Shown here: piece by piece, positions 35,735-45,867 of the stretch
Layout: each line of letters starts with the position of its first letter
Numbering within the stretch: the stretch's first letter is position 1
DNA from: a phage
Length of the DNA: 64,000 nucleotides
Strand: one strand, 5' to 3'
Assembly: GCA_037574385.1 (NCBI GenBank)
Contig: GCA_037574385.1_4529.1
Notes under the pieces: generated by a model
The model's input: the letters and a program-made list of their open reading frames with translations, nothing else
Told to the model about the DNA's origin: nothing
The model's database searches: none
Translations under genes and position numbers: made by a program

Positions 35735-36103
35735 TTAATTACCAATTGTATATTTTGCTTTCAAAGTCCAGTCATCTTTCTGTTTAAAAGAGATAACTCG
35801 GAAGTTATTAGTCAGGCTAAATAGATCTTCACGAGCAGAGTCTTCAATAACAATCAATCCCCAGTCTTCAAGCAACTGAGCAATCGAATCACGTCGCTGA
35901 TAGTCTTCGCCGTCAATATCAACCTGGCGTCCATCCATACGCAACATTTCTTTAAAGTGGACAATATAGTACTTACCTTGCTTTTGGAGGATATGACAAG
36001 ACTGGTAAAGGACTTTATCTTTGTTATTAGCGATGCCCATACGGGTCAAAGTCTCTTTGACTTTCAGAAAATCTTCAGGGTTCTTCAATTTAATTTCAAT
36101 CAT
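35735..36103 (-). CDS. regA: RegA translational repressor
   Basis: Track ORF trimmed to ATG (MIEIKLK...) giving 122 aa; near-identical to recalled T4 RegA. Confidence 0.9.
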   Translation of the reverse strand: MIEIKLKNPEDFLKVKETLTRMGIANNKDKVLYQSCHILQKQGKYYIVHFKEMLRMDGRQVDIDGEDYQRRDSIAQLLEDWGLIVIEDSAREDLFSLTNNFRVISFKQKDDWTLKAKYTIGN

Positions 36104-36105
36104 TT

Positions 36106-36669
36106 TTACCATTCCAATGCTAATTTTTTAAATTGTTTTTGTTCTTTCACGTTTTTGGTAACTTCTTTGAGAAATTCATCAGTGACCATGGCCTTCAGTT
36201 CTTTAAGGACTATTGGCAACTTGTTATTTTTTTCAAGGAGCCGCTTATACTCGGTAGCATCATTCATGTTGATTGTGTAATGTTTCATCAACAGTTTGAT
36301 AACTAGTAACTCTGAAGTGTCTTCGACTAGTTTAGCCCATTTAGAGAATCGACGACCACGCGGAATTGCCGCCATCATATAGTTGAAGTGCGCTTCATCA
36401 CTTAATTCAGAACCGACTAAGTTCATCATGTAAACGGCTGGCATACATTCTGGGAACTGGGATAATGAGTTCTCAACCATAAATTTTGAGTAGTCGACCT
36501 GAGCAATTGACATAGATTTCTTTTCGTTAATAGCATTAATGATTTTAAAGAATTCATTCTCAGGTTTTTCTTTAAACATATCAGCACATTTTTGAATCGC
36601 ATCAGCGTCATTAGACTTCCATGCAATTTGGTGCTCGTTAAGCTGGACGTCATCATCGAATAAGTTCAT
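36106..36669 (-). CDS. 62: clamp loader small subunit gp62
   Basis: 187 aa; N-terminal and C-terminal stretches ([14 protein letters not shown]) match recalled T4 gp62. Confidence 0.9.
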   Translation of the reverse strand: MNLFDDDVQLNEHQIAWKSNDADAIQKCADMFKEKPENEFFKIINAINEKKSMSIAQVDYSKFMVENSLSQFPECMPAVYMMNLVGSELSDEAHFNYMMAAIPRGRRFSKWAKLVEDTSELLVIKLLMKHYTINMNDATEYKRLLEKNNKLPIVLKELKAMVTDEFLKEVTKNVKEQKQFKKLALEW

Positions 36670-36670
36670 A

Positions 36671-37633
36671 TTATTTCCAAGTCAGTTCGCAGGTCAGCTG
36701 AAGAAGCATATACATAACATGTAATTCAATATTACTTGCTAGTCCATGAAACTTATTATTTTCGCCTGCAATTTCGTAAAGCGAAATAATACTTTTACCA
36801 GGTGCAACTTGGTCATAACATTCTGAAACTAATTTATCGATGAACCACGAATAATCTGCAGCATATTTTGGAGCTAATGCACGAAGCTGTTTGATATCTT
36901 TGTTCTTCATTGCTTCGATAACATCAGAGACTGTGCCACGGTCATTAGTTACGATAGACAGAATACCTGCATCAAGAACACCTTTAGACGAGTACTGGTC
37001 TAATTGGCCGATTGTGCGACGAAAGTCTGGGAAGTTCTTTTTAACCAGAGCTGCAACAACTTTCATATCAGCGATTTCGATATTTTCGTTCTTACAGATT
37101 TCAACCATACGATGAATCATTTTCTTCATCATCGAGATTTTATCTTCTTCGGTTGGACGACCGAATTCGATAACTCGACAACGGCTACGTAATGGTTCAA
37201 TAATTCCGTCAATATTGTTAGCAGTGATAATAATAGAGCAGTTACTAGAGAATTCTTCCATAAACGTACGAAGGTGACGTTGTGATTCGGCGAGGCCACT
37301 ACGGTCAAATTCATCAATAACAATAACTTTAGGCTTGCCTTCCATTGAGACTGAACGAGCGAATGCAGTTAACGGACCACGAACAAAATCAATCTTACAA
37401 TCAGAACCGTTGACGAACATCATTTCGGCATTGATATCGTTACATAATGCTTTTGCTACAGTTGTTTTACCTGTACCAGGAGAAGGAGAGTGCAAAATAA
37501 TATGAGGAAGTTTTCCTTTAGATACTAAAGACTTGAATGTTTCATGGTCATACGCAGGCAGAATACATTCGTCAATGGAAGAAGGACGATATTTCTGTTC
37601 TAGAATGTGTTCTTTAGAATTGATAGTAATCAT
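36671..37633 (-). CDS. 44: clamp loader large subunit gp44 (AAA+ ATPase)
   Basis: 320 aa; Walker [11 protein letters not shown], Walker B VIVIDEFD; matches recalled T4 gp44. Confidence 0.9.
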   Translation of the reverse strand: MITINSKEHILEQKYRPSSIDECILPAYDHETFKSLVSKGKLPHIILHSPSPGTGKTTVAKALCNDINAEMMFVNGSDCKIDFVRGPLTAFARSVSMEGKPKVIVIDEFDRSGLAESQRHLRTFMEEFSSNCSIIITANNIDGIIEPLRSRCRVIEFGRPTEEDKISMMKKMIHRMVEICKNENIEIADMKVVAALVKKNFPDFRRTIGQLDQYSSKGVLDAGILSIVTNDRGTVSDVIEAMKNKDIKQLRALAPKYAADYSWFIDKLVSECYDQVAPGKSIISLYEIAGENNKFHGLASNIELHVMYMLLQLTCELTWK

Positions 37634-37708
37634 GTAATTTTCCTCATTATCATTAAACTGGAGGATTTCTCCTCCATAATCGTATCACATTAAACTTAAA
37701 GCTTTGAC

Positions 37709-38395
37709 TTAGAAGTCGTGAGTAGAATCGGCTTCCATTGCAATAACATAACTTACTTGAGAGCTTTCAAACTTGGCTGCAACTTTATCACCAGCTCCCC
37801 ACAACATTACTTTATAGTTACCTGGCTGGATTTTCATATTAGCCATATTGATTACGAAGTTAAAGTTATTAGAACCATCATAATCGGTAAGAGTCAAAGA
37901 ATACTTAGGACGAGTTAGTCCAGAATCTTCAACTTTATTATAACCGTTGATAACAATTTTACCATCTTTATTTGTAATAGCAATTGTATCAATCTGAAGA
38001 CCACGTGAAACTCGAAGCAATTGTTGAAGGTCCTCAGCTTTAATTTCAGTAATCACCGAAGCCACCGGGAATTGAATTGGCTTATTAGGAAAAACAATGG
38101 TGCTCTTGTCGGCAGCAGGCCAATAAACTGTGGAACGTGTATCTGCAATTTTAATATTGCCATCGGTGTGCATTGAAATTTCAGCATCATCAGACACTAG
38201 ACTCAAAATGCTTAAGAAGCTATTCAAATCATAAAGTGCTACGTCAAAATCAATTTCATCAGAGATATTTGCTTCCGCATAAGTGGTGCCATTAACTGCA
38301 CGAGTCATAATAAATTTACCTTGACTCAGCAGAATGCCTGAGTTAATAGAGGCAAAGTTTTTCAGAATAGCGATAGTATCTTTAGACAGTTTCAT
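37709..38395 (-). CDS. 45: sliding clamp gp45
   Basis: Track ORF (TTG) trimmed to ATG giving 228 aa; MKLSKDTIAILKNFASINSG... matches recalled T4 gp45. Confidence 0.9.
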   Translation of the reverse strand: MKLSKDTIAILKNFASINSGILLSQGKFIMTRAVNGTTYAEANISDEIDFDVALYDLNSFLSILSLVSDDAEISMHTDGNIKIADTRSTVYWPAADKSTIVFPNKPIQFPVASVITEIKAEDLQQLLRVSRGLQIDTIAITNKDGKIVINGYNKVEDSGLTRPKYSLTLTDYDGSNNFNFVINMANMKIQPGNYKVMLWGAGDKVAAKFESSQVSYVIAMEADSTHDF

Positions 38396-38435
38396 TTTAT
38401 TTCCTTTCAAGACAATTCAAAGTTTAACAAATTTA

Positions 38436-38852
38436 TTATGCAGCAACCATTTGCTTTTTAATAGCTTCAGGCAGTGATTCAATATATTCTGGAATTTTAG
38501 AAGCAACAATTTCGCCGGCTGCAATTAGTTGTTCGTCGGCATCAACACAATAGAAATCTTCCAGGCGCTCAGAACCATCTTTATCAAGAACGATTTTTCC
38601 ACCAGCTTCAATAGAATCTTTATAGTGCTTACGCATCAGATGAATCCACATATCAGATACATCGTTATCAATAAAACCATAAATCATAAAACGAGTTTCT
38701 TGTGGCAAAGATTGAAGCTTTTTAGCACTTGCGTCATCACAATGCAGGACCCATGCTTTACGAACACGATTATGGTTATGCGGGTTAGCGTCAGTACGGA
38801 TAGAAGTAACTTTCAGATCAGCAGCAGTGAAACCTTTAGCAGTAGTAAACAT
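38436..38852 (-). CDS. RpbA-like protein (by position)
   Basis: 138-aa ORF directly downstream of gene 45 as T4 rpbA; no motif support. Confidence 0.45.
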   Translation of the reverse strand: MFTTAKGFTAADLKVTSIRTDANPHNHNRVRKAWVLHCDDASAKKLQSLPQETRFMIYGFIDNDVSDMWIHLMRKHYKDSIEAGGKIVLDKDGSERLEDFYCVDADEQLIAAGEIVASKIPEYIESLPEAIKKQMVAA

Positions 38853-38864
38853 ATTATTTCTCTC

Positions 38865-39065
38865 TTATTCGTAGAAGTCGGTAACTGTCCATGCGGAATT
38901 GCGATTAGACATTATTTTATTATACTCATCTTTAAAAGCAGATTTGAGCATTTGTTCAGTAACAATATGTTCTTCACCTGAAAACGTATTGGTCAAAACA
39001 TATTTTTTAATTTCAGGGACAACGAGAAGATGATGTCCGGTTGAATACTCCATGTTGTTCTCCAT
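38865..39065 (-). CDS. hypothetical protein (66 aa)
   Basis: ORF between rpbA-like gene and gene 46. Confidence 0.45.
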   Translation of the reverse strand: MENNMEYSTGHHLLVVPEIKKYVLTNTFSGEEHIVTEQMLKSAFKDEYNKIMSNRNSAWTVTDFYE

Positions 39066-39107
39066 TTAATTTGATGTGGTCATTATAACCACATCGTGTT
39101 AAAGCGT

Positions 39108-40796
39108 TTATGAAACAGTCATTACAGTAAATCGTCCAACTTTGCTCATCTGAAGATGTTGTCCATAAGCTTGTGGGTCATGGTCTCTGTGACTAATTAT
39201 AAACACGTTTGCATCGGTTAGAGAGTTAAGAATCGTTGAAATAGCTTTAATACCTTCAGAATCAGTCGCGGAATCCATGACTTCGTCCATAATTAATGTA
39301 TTGATTCTAACACCAGAGACCTTTTCAGCAATATCTCGCCATGTAAACAACAACGCGATATCAATGCGTGCTTTTTCACCTTGACTAAATGAAGCATAAC
39401 TAAAATCTTCACGGCCGCGTGATTTTATAGATTCATTGAATTCTTCGTCAATAGAAAACACATAATCAGCTTCCATGATTTTAAGATAATGGTTAATCTG
39501 CTTGTTGAACAGAGGCACATATTTTTTAATGATAGCACCTTTAATACCAGAATCTTTTAACATATCTGTGATAATACCACGATGGTATTTTTCAAGAACG
39601 ATATCCGATTTTGTTTTAATGATTTTATCAAGTTCTTTTTGAAGCAAAGCTATCTCATCGGCATGGTCGATAAATTCCGCCGAGGCTTGTTCTATTGCAG
39701 CTTTAACTTTCTTAGCTTTATCAATAGTAGCAATCATTGCTTGTTTCTTTGTACGAATATCGGATGCAAGGTCCTGTTTAGTCTTAACATTAGCTCTATA
39801 TTCGTCCACTAGGACACTCAGATTATCTCTGTGACAGGTAAGTTGCTCGAATGAGTGATTACATTCATGAAGCTTATCGGTAATCTTAGAGACAATAGGA
39901 TCGCCCTGGTGCAACTGTGATGCACAAGTAGGACATGTACCGCCATCGTGATACATCTTAATAACTTTGTTATATGAGTCAATTTTAGATTTAATCAAGA
40001 ATGCTTCTTGTCCTATCTTGTTGAATGCCTCAGTAGGGTCTTCATCAAGAACGATATTAAGTAGTCGCTCATTAGCTTCTTCGATTTCTGCTTTTAATGA
40101 ACGAGCTTCTTTGGCTAGGTCGTCATACATATTCTGTAGACGTGCTACATTATCGCCAGATAATTTCTTTTGGCGTTCGATATTCTCGTTATAAATCTTA
40201 ATTTGTTGGATAATACCATCTTTCTTGGCATCGAGAACTTGTCCCTGGGAATTAAGTTCTCGAACTTGAGACTTATTGATTTTATCCATTTCAGCGAGTG
40301 TGCCGACTTCTAAAAGGTCTTCGACAAGTTTTCTACGAGCAGGGGTGCTAAGAGCCATGAAAGGGGTATACCCTGCCGTCCCAAGCACAACGATCTGTTT
40401 AAAAGACGCGTATGACATTCCGATGCTACGTTCAAATTCTTCTTGGAAGTCGCGACTGCTGGCAGATTCATCAAGACGAACACCGTTAACGGAGATTTCG
40501 AAAATATTGGGCTTTTGGCCACGTTTAATGAAGTATTTTTTATCATCGAATTCCATCCAAAGCTCAACTAAGAGCTCTTTCTTGTTCGTGCTATTAATGA
40601 TTTGTCCTTTCTTAACATCACGAAATGGTTTACCGAAAAGTCCGAAAGTAATGGCTTCTAACATCGTAGATTTACCACCGCCATTTTTACCAGTGATTAA
40701 TGTCTTTTGGACTTTATCTAATTGGATATCAATAGGATTCCCACCTACCGACATGATGTTTTGATAACGAACACGATTTAATTTAAATGATTTCAT
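39108..40796 (-). CDS. 46: recombination endonuclease subunit gp46 (SbcC/Rad50-like ATPase)
   Basis: 562 aa; Walker A GKNGGGKST, central coiled coil with CPTC zinc hook, C-terminal ABC signature region. Confidence 0.88.
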   Translation of the reverse strand: MKSFKLNRVRYQNIMSVGGNPIDIQLDKVQKTLITGKNGGGKSTMLEAITFGLFGKPFRDVKKGQIINSTNKKELLVELWMEFDDKKYFIKRGQKPNIFEISVNGVRLDESASSRDFQEEFERSIGMSYASFKQIVVLGTAGYTPFMALSTPARRKLVEDLLEVGTLAEMDKINKSQVRELNSQGQVLDAKKDGIIQQIKIYNENIERQKKLSGDNVARLQNMYDDLAKEARSLKAEIEEANERLLNIVLDEDPTEAFNKIGQEAFLIKSKIDSYNKVIKMYHDGGTCPTCASQLHQGDPIVSKITDKLHECNHSFEQLTCHRDNLSVLVDEYRANVKTKQDLASDIRTKKQAMIATIDKAKKVKAAIEQASAEFIDHADEIALLQKELDKIIKTKSDIVLEKYHRGIITDMLKDSGIKGAIIKKYVPLFNKQINHYLKIMEADYVFSIDEEFNESIKSRGREDFSYASFSQGEKARIDIALLFTWRDIAEKVSGVRINTLIMDEVMDSATDSEGIKAISTILNSLTDANVFIISHRDHDPQAYGQHLQMSKVGRFTVMTVS

Positions 40797-41041
40797 ATGT
40801 ATTCTCTTCGAATGAAGTCCTCTACATATTTTAACATGTCATCCCTATCAGCAAAATATTCATCTAGTTCTGCATACATAACAACACCCGGTGCGTACTC
40901 ACAGGTAACATACATTGTTCCAAAGAAACGAGGAGTTGATTCCTCGCAATTCTCAGTCCATTCAACGATACCAATATAACCGTCACCAATACTAAATTCA
41001 TGACGATGGATTTCATAATCAGTCTTCGTCATTATACGCAT
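40793..41041 (-). CDS. hypothetical protein (82 aa)
   Basis: ATGA-coupled to gene 46. Confidence 0.45.
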   Translation of the reverse strand: MRIMTKTDYEIHRHEFSIGDGYIGIVEWTENCEESTPRFFGTMYVTCEYAPGVVMYAELDEYFADRDDMLKYVEDFIRREYI

Positions 41042-41276
41042 CCTCGATACATGCTTCAGCCATTTTAAGAATAGAGCCAGGAGTATCGTTGTCCATTATA
41101 TTAAAGCTAAATTCAATAGCCCAGTCGGTGCAGACATGAACTGCTTTAACTTCATTGCCTTCAACGCGTAATGGCTCAATCCAATACTTGATGGTGTTCT
41201 CGAATCCATCATCATCTTTAACGTCTATTTCAACTTCAAGCCCGAGCCCAGCATTGTTAAATTCATCTAAAGTCAT
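41019..41276 (-). CDS. hypothetical protein (85 aa)
   Basis: ATGA-coupled to gene 47. Confidence 0.45.
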   Translation of the reverse strand: MTLDEFNNAGLGLEVEIDVKDDDGFENTIKYWIEPLRVEGNEVKAVHVCTDWAIEFSFNIMDNDTPGSILKMAEACIEDAYNDED

Positions 41277-42292
41277 TGTGTTGCCTCAATATAAAGTTCG
41301 TTGGAATATTTGACCAGCGCTTCTCTGTCTTCGTCTGAGATATCTGGAATCGCGTCAATATATTCTTTAATGATATCTTGAAGTGATTTAATCTCGATTT
41401 CCTGGTCGTCATCAGATTCAACACTGTTATCAACTTTAGAAACCATACGAAGAGAGTGAACTACTTTTTCAAGTTCAGATTCAAACTTAGTCAACTCTGA
41501 ATCAATTTCTGATACTATAACACGTACGGCTAGATTAGTATAATCAGAATAATTGATTTTGCCTTTAAACGGATAAGTGATTCGTCGATGCCATGTCGTT
41601 TCATTGGGAATAAATTCCATACGTTCAACGTCGGTGTCAAATACCCAGAATCCGCGAGGATCATTCTCGTCACCTGCAGTAAGGGTCCATGGTGTCCCAA
41701 TATATTTGACGTTAGCAGCTTCAGAGATTGTGTGGAAGTGGCCGGACCAGACTTGTTTATAGGTCTTTAAGAAATCAGGTTCAAGCCCATGAGACTTCAT
41801 TCCTTTATAGAAATAAAAGCCGTTCAGTTCCCAGTGCCCAACACAATACGCAGCAGAAGAAGTCTTGATATGCTCTAAGATTTCACCTGTATTTTCTTCA
41901 CACATCCATGGAACGATATCAATCAGACATCCGTCAAAATCTACAGTAGTTGGATGTTCATAAATAGTAAAGTTTTCAAATTGAGTTAACAATTCAGAAA
42001 CAGTGTTAGGTGTTATTGTATTCTTAAACGCCATGTCATGGTTTCCTATCGTGACATGAACGTGAATGCCTGCCTTAGAAATCATATCAACTATTTCACG
42101 ATTGAATTCCATCGTACGATGTGTAATTGCTTTACGGACGTCGAACCAATCACCGTACTGAATCCAAGTTTTAATCCCGTGTTTCTTAGAGTATTCAATT
42201 GCTTGACGAATACCATCACGTTGAATATCTTGGACCCATGGGTCGTCCTGTTTAACGCCGATATGGAAGTCACCTAAATGTAAAATTTTCAT
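41273..42292 (-). CDS. 47: recombination endonuclease subunit gp47 (Mre11/SbcD-like phosphoesterase)
   Basis: Track ORF (TTG) trimmed to ATG giving 339 aa; MKILHLGDFH, GNHD, GHWE phosphoesterase motifs; matches recalled T4 gp47. Confidence 0.9.
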   Translation of the reverse strand: MKILHLGDFHIGVKQDDPWVQDIQRDGIRQAIEYSKKHGIKTWIQYGDWFDVRKAITHRTMEFNREIVDMISKAGIHVHVTIGNHDMAFKNTITPNTVSELLTQFENFTIYEHPTTVDFDGCLIDIVPWMCEENTGEILEHIKTSSAAYCVGHWELNGFYFYKGMKSHGLEPDFLKTYKQVWSGHFHTISEAANVKYIGTPWTLTAGDENDPRGFWVFDTDVERMEFIPNETTWHRRITYPFKGKINYSDYTNLAVRVIVSEIDSELTKFESELEKVVHSLRMVSKVDNSVESDDDQEIEIKSLQDIIKEYIDAIPDISDEDREALVKYSNELYIEATQ

Positions 42293-42480
42293 AAGTCTAA
42301 CGCCGTTATCGCAATGCAAAATAAAACCACAGAAATTAATCCATCTGGGGTACTAAAGAAACCTATCCAACACGCCCTAGTGAATAGATAGAAGGCTAAT
42401 ATCAATATAGTCACACCTAAAAATATAATCATATGTTTTCCTCATTAGTTGGTTCATTTTATCATCCAGAATATAAAGCA

Positions 42481-42508
42481 AAAAAAAAGGAAGCACTAGG
42501 CTTCCTTT
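42481..42508 (-). terminator. intrinsic terminator upstream of gene 47
   Basis: Minus strand AGGAAGC-loop-GCTTCCT followed by nine T. Confidence 0.55.
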
Positions 42509-42669
42509 CCAATTAACACACCGTACAGAGGTTCGCGATTAGACGTGAACTTGATAGGCTTATACGTAATAGTACCTTCATTTTCTGCTTTAATACGAGC
42601 GGCTTCAAATTGAAGTATCATCTCATTTTTGTCAGATTTAATCTTATCAAAATCCATCGAATTCGTCAT
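42496..42669 (-). CDS. hypothetical small protein (57 aa)
   Basis: Not in track; AAGAGG SD; stop lies within terminator hairpin 42481-42508. Confidence 0.35.
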   Translation of the reverse strand: MTNSMDFDKIKSDKNEMILQFEAARIKAENEGTITYKPIKFTSNREPLYGVLIGKEA

Positions 42670-42818
42670 TCATAAAACCTCTTAAACTTTTTCGTATTCG
42701 TAATTCATAAGCTTAAAAATCTGGGTGTTCGTCTTTCATTAGCCACCTGTCCACGTTATCATCGTTTCCACCATTTCTTAACTTGAAATGAATCAACCCT
42801 GCGTTCAGCTTCAGACGT

Positions 42819-43142
42819 TTAAACTTTGTTTGAACTAGCGCCATTAATGATGTCCTCAATAGCCTGACGAGTAGTAACCCACTGGATTTTAATTAACTTG
42901 TCATTATACGGTTGTCGTAGAATATCCCGAGATTTCTTAATAGCATATTCATAAGCTTCGAAGTTGTTTTGAATTGCTGCTTCTTGAGCATGAGCATAAA
43001 GTCGATTTAGTTCGAAACGATTCTTTTTAAGAATCTTTTCGGATTTTTTACGTGCTTCAGCTTCATTTTTCTTTTGTATTTCTTGTAGCATTTTAGCTAC
43101 TGCATCTTCTGCTTCTTTATTTTCAATAATCTCGGTAGTCAT
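42819..43142 (-). CDS. hypothetical protein (107 aa), at the T4 alpha-gt locus
   Basis: ORF between 47 and 55 where T4 has alpha-glucosyltransferase. Confidence 0.45.
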   Translation of the reverse strand: MTTEIIENKEAEDAVAKMLQEIQKKNEAEARKKSEKILKKNRFELNRLYAHAQEAAIQNNFEAYEYAIKKSRDILRQPYNDKLIKIQWVTTRQAIEDIINGASSNKV

Positions 43143-43143
43143 A

Positions 43144-43353
43144 TTATCTCATTAAATTAAAATAAAAACGTCCGTCCTCTTCAATACAGAACTCGTACTC
43201 AACTGGAGTCCCATTTATTGAAAATGACACGTCATGTGGGTTCAAAGGGTCGATGTCAAAATTAATTTTAAATTCTCGACCCAACAGTTTTACCAAATAA
43301 GGGATTGCTTCGTCAAAAGGTTCTTCTAAGTAGTTAGAGATGTCAATTGTCAT
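43144..43353 (-). CDS. hypothetical protein (69 aa)
   Basis: Track ORF trimmed to ATG just past the gene 55 stop; weak SD. Confidence 0.35.
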   Translation of the reverse strand: MTIDISNYLEEPFDEAIPYLVKLLGREFKINFDIDPLNPHDVSFSINGTPVEYEFCIEEDGRFYFNLMR

Positions 43354-43900
43354 CCTCATATAAAAAATCCAAACTAGGCGAATCGCTAACAACTTCCTTC
43401 TTTTCAGCCCCAGGAGCTTTATAAGCGGATTCTTCATAATGCGTCATTTTATCGTAGATGTCTTGAATAAACGTTTCATCTACCAACGCTACCATATCAT
43501 CGTCATGACTGTCGTAGACATTATGAACGAAGTAACTATATTTCTTTGCAACTTCCTTACGTTCTTTTTTGATACGTTGGACAAAAGCATTAAAACAAGC
43601 TCGAGTTATGTATGCATGTGGGTTATTGTACTTAGTTTCGTCGAAATTATGAAGTCCCTTAATAGAGGCTTCAATCCCATCTGCAATCATCTCCTGCTTC
43701 CAAGACTGGGTATACCCTGAAAAGTTGAAACGTTTGGACAGGCCTTCGGCGATAAGCATAATTGCTAAACCGATGGTATCATTCTGACGAATAATTTTGT
43801 TTGGGTCTTTATTATTTAAGAGCTCCTTTTTCCACTCGATTATAGCAGCGAGAAGCTCTTTATTATTCACATAGTTATTTTTAGGTTTTTGTTCAGTCAT
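43343..43900 (-). CDS. 55: late-transcription sigma factor gp55
   Basis: Track ORF (TTG) trimmed to ATG giving 185 aa; NYVNNKELL...[47 protein letters not shown] near-identical to recalled T4 gp55. Confidence 0.92.
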   Translation of the reverse strand: MTEQKPKNNYVNNKELLAAIIEWKKELLNNKDPNKIIRQNDTIGLAIMLIAEGLSKRFNFSGYTQSWKQEMIADGIEASIKGLHNFDETKYNNPHAYITRACFNAFVQRIKKERKEVAKKYSYFVHNVYDSHDDDMVALVDETFIQDIYDKMTHYEESAYKAPGAEKKEVVSDSPSLDFLYEDDN

Positions 43901-44055
43901 AAGTACCTCTTGGCTCAATTCATAGGTCTATTATATCATAATATTTAGAGACCTATCTTAAAGCACGAGATACTATCAAAGATACGTAACTTTCATAAAG
44001 TTGACGACTTAAAATTCACCAAACTTTTCTTCGGTTATAGCAATTCTAGATAGTT

Positions 44056-44283
44056 TCATTCTAATTCCTTCGCTGCAAATAAGGCAGCATCCAACGAATC
44101 AAATTGGTCAACGAAATCAATATTCAACGCATCGTCAACCGTAGCATATAACCACCATTGTTTGAATTCGTATTCTAGAATAAATCCAGGACCTTCAATC
44201 TGAGGAAGACCTAGGCTATTTGTACCAACTTCGTAACCAGCTAGACGCAGGTCATTAATCAAAGTTTCTGTTAATACGCTCAT
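44056..44283 (-). CDS. hypothetical protein (75 aa)
   Basis: ATGA-coupled ORF. Confidence 0.45.
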   Translation of the reverse strand: MSVLTETLINDLRLAGYEVGTNSLGLPQIEGPGFILEYEFKQWWLYATVDDALNIDFVDQFDSLDAALFAAKELE

Positions 44284-44612
44284 TTTGCCGCCTTAACAAT
44301 TTTCAGGTCAATGAATTTTTTCTTACGTTGATTTTTCATACGACGGATAGTCTTTTCAGAGATTTCATGTTTCTGATAAGCTTTAGATTCAACACCAAAT
44401 GCAGCAACGTCAAATTCAGAAAGAATATATTGTACTAGAATTTCACGAATAGAATTACGTCCAATTTTCTGGTCGTGTTTTTGCATGATTTCATAAAGAC
44501 GGAATTCCCACGCGTCAAGAACTTGAGGAGTAACAATATTGCCGGATTCCAGAAGAGCAACAACTTTATCGAAAGCGAAAGAATTAACTACGTTTTTGAT
44601 TTTAGTAGACAT
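44280..44612 (-). CDS. hypothetical protein (110 aa)
   Basis: Track ORF trimmed to ATG with GAGGAAAA SD; early promoter 44650-44678. Confidence 0.5.
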   Translation of the reverse strand: MSTKIKNVVNSFAFDKVVALLESGNIVTPQVLDAWEFRLYEIMQKHDQKIGRNSIREILVQYILSEFDVAAFGVESKAYQKHEISEKTIRRMKNQRKKKFIDLKIVKAAK

Positions 44613-44649
44613 ATTATTTTCCTCGGTTATTTTATTATCCAACGAGAGC

Positions 44650-44678
44650 ATTATACTCTGCTCTCAAGAGTCTGTACA
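44650..44678 (-). promoter_or_regulatory. early promoter (TGTACA-N17-TATAAT), copy of the 255-283 element
   Basis: Minus strand TGTACAGACTCTTGAGAGCAGAGTATAATGCTCTC. Confidence 0.5.
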
Positions 44679-44918
44679 CTATTTTTTAAGCATGAAAAGC
44701 AAGTAATTTGTATCACGTGGAGTAATATCAACACCCATATCAAAGATGCCTTTATAGATTGGGTATTTGTTTTCGGTTGTATCGAAGCTGAAACTATTTC
44801 CATCACATCTAACAGTAATGGCATCTGTTAAAATGTCATACTCAATCCTAACAATTGAATCCCCAATTTTAACGTCGAGGTGTTTTTTGAATTTGATAAA
44901 ATCTAATTCTTCGGCCAT
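44679..44918 (-). CDS. hypothetical protein (79 aa)
   Basis: GAGGAAAA SD. Confidence 0.5.
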   Translation of the reverse strand: MAEELDFIKFKKHLDVKIGDSIVRIEYDILTDAITVRCDGNSFSFDTTENKYPIYKGIFDMGVDITPRDTNYLLFMLKK

Positions 44919-44978
44919 GATATTTTCCTCATTTTAAGACGATAGGAAGAAGTGTTATCTTCCTACTATCGTAAACTA

Positions 44979-45179
44979 TTAACCGAACTTTTTAGCACCT
45001 TTCCAGCCTTCGTACATAACTGCACAAGTCAATAGTACAGCATGTTGGCATTCTTTGTATTTGTAAACCCAGAACCAGCGTAAGAAGTCTTCATCCTCAA
45101 CGCCGTTGAGTTTCATGTTGGCAAAGAATTCTGCACGTTCTTCACGAAGTTGCCATGACACAATATTTTCAGGATTCAT
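44979..45179 (-). CDS. hypothetical protein (66 aa)
   Basis: Trimmed to ATG forming ATGA overlap. Confidence 0.45.
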   Translation of the reverse strand: MNPENIVSWQLREERAEFFANMKLNGVEDEDFLRWFWVYKYKECQHAVLLTCAVMYEGWKGAKKFG

Positions 45180-45310
45180 TTTATATTCCATGCCCCATTT
45201 TCATCGATGAACTTAATCCAGTCATTTACAGACCATTTAGTTGTATCACCCTTTGGATTAACATTTAAAGTATATAATCCCTGCTTAAAAAGCATTCGTT
45301 TGATATTCAT
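45176..45310 (-). CDS. hypothetical small protein (44 aa)
   Basis: Trimmed to ATG with GAGGAAATT SD. Confidence 0.35.
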   Translation of the reverse strand: MNIKRMLFKQGLYTLNVNPKGDTTKWSVNDWIKFIDENGAWNIK

Positions 45311-45317
45311 AATTTCC

Positions 45318-45611
45318 TCAACTGTAACGATAACATTCGTTAGCTTTACGTTTGGCTTCAGTATGAGAAGTATTATAATCATAATCTTCTTTACTGTAAA
45401 CATCCTTTTTCAACTTACGAACTTCTTTGCGGAGTTGTCGATTCATTTCGTTCTTGACTTCAGAATCAACACCTTTCGTACGTTTCCATTTATCTGAGCG
45501 GAAGATGTTTTCAACCATGTCTTTGTGGCTAACACCATCAGGAGCTTTACGCTTACCAAAATAGTCGTAATCGCGAACTTTCAAATCTTTACGACGATAT
45601 GTTTTACCCAT
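45318..45611 (-). CDS. hypothetical basic protein (97 aa)
   Basis: Trimmed to ATG with GAGGTA SD; Lys/Arg-rich. Confidence 0.45.
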   Translation of the reverse strand: MGKTYRRKDLKVRDYDYFGKRKAPDGVSHKDMVENIFRSDKWKRTKGVDSEVKNEMNRQLRKEVRKLKKDVYSKEDYDYNTSHTEAKRKANECYRYS

Positions 45612-45618
45612 AAGTACC

Positions 45619-45867
45619 TCAGAGGTTGATTGATACAATGCGTTTGATAAAATTCACTTCACTTACTGAAAGGTCTTTAAGGCCAATTGCTTCTAAACGC
45701 TGAGTAAGCGTCAACATCGGGATATAATCCCATTGAGTTTTATTTGCTTGATAAGTACGAACGCCATTAGCAATTTCAACATGCAAATCTGAAATGGTAA
45801 CGAATACCGGTCGCTCATCATTAACTTTAAGGGTTAGAACAACTTTCTTTGAATCTAAACTAATCAT
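45619..45867 (-). CDS. hypothetical protein (82 aa)
   Basis: GAAGGAAA SD. Confidence 0.45.
   Translation of the reverse strand: MISLDSKKVVLTLKVNDERPVFVTISDLHVEIANGVRTYQANKTQWDYIPMLTLTQRLEAIGLKDLSVSEVNFIKRIVSINL

Noticed and set aside
35726-35765. MotA-box-like TTGCTTTA followed by TATATT on the plus strand in the 43-regA intergenic region
   Set aside because: No plausible plus-strand gene downstream; likely chance match in AT-rich DNA, though antisense transcription cannot be excluded
42669-42844. Possible 42-aa minus-strand ORF with GAGGA SD between the 57-aa ORF and the 107-aa ORF
   Set aside because: Overlaps the 3' end of 42819-43142 by 26 nt and is too short to support without comparative evidence
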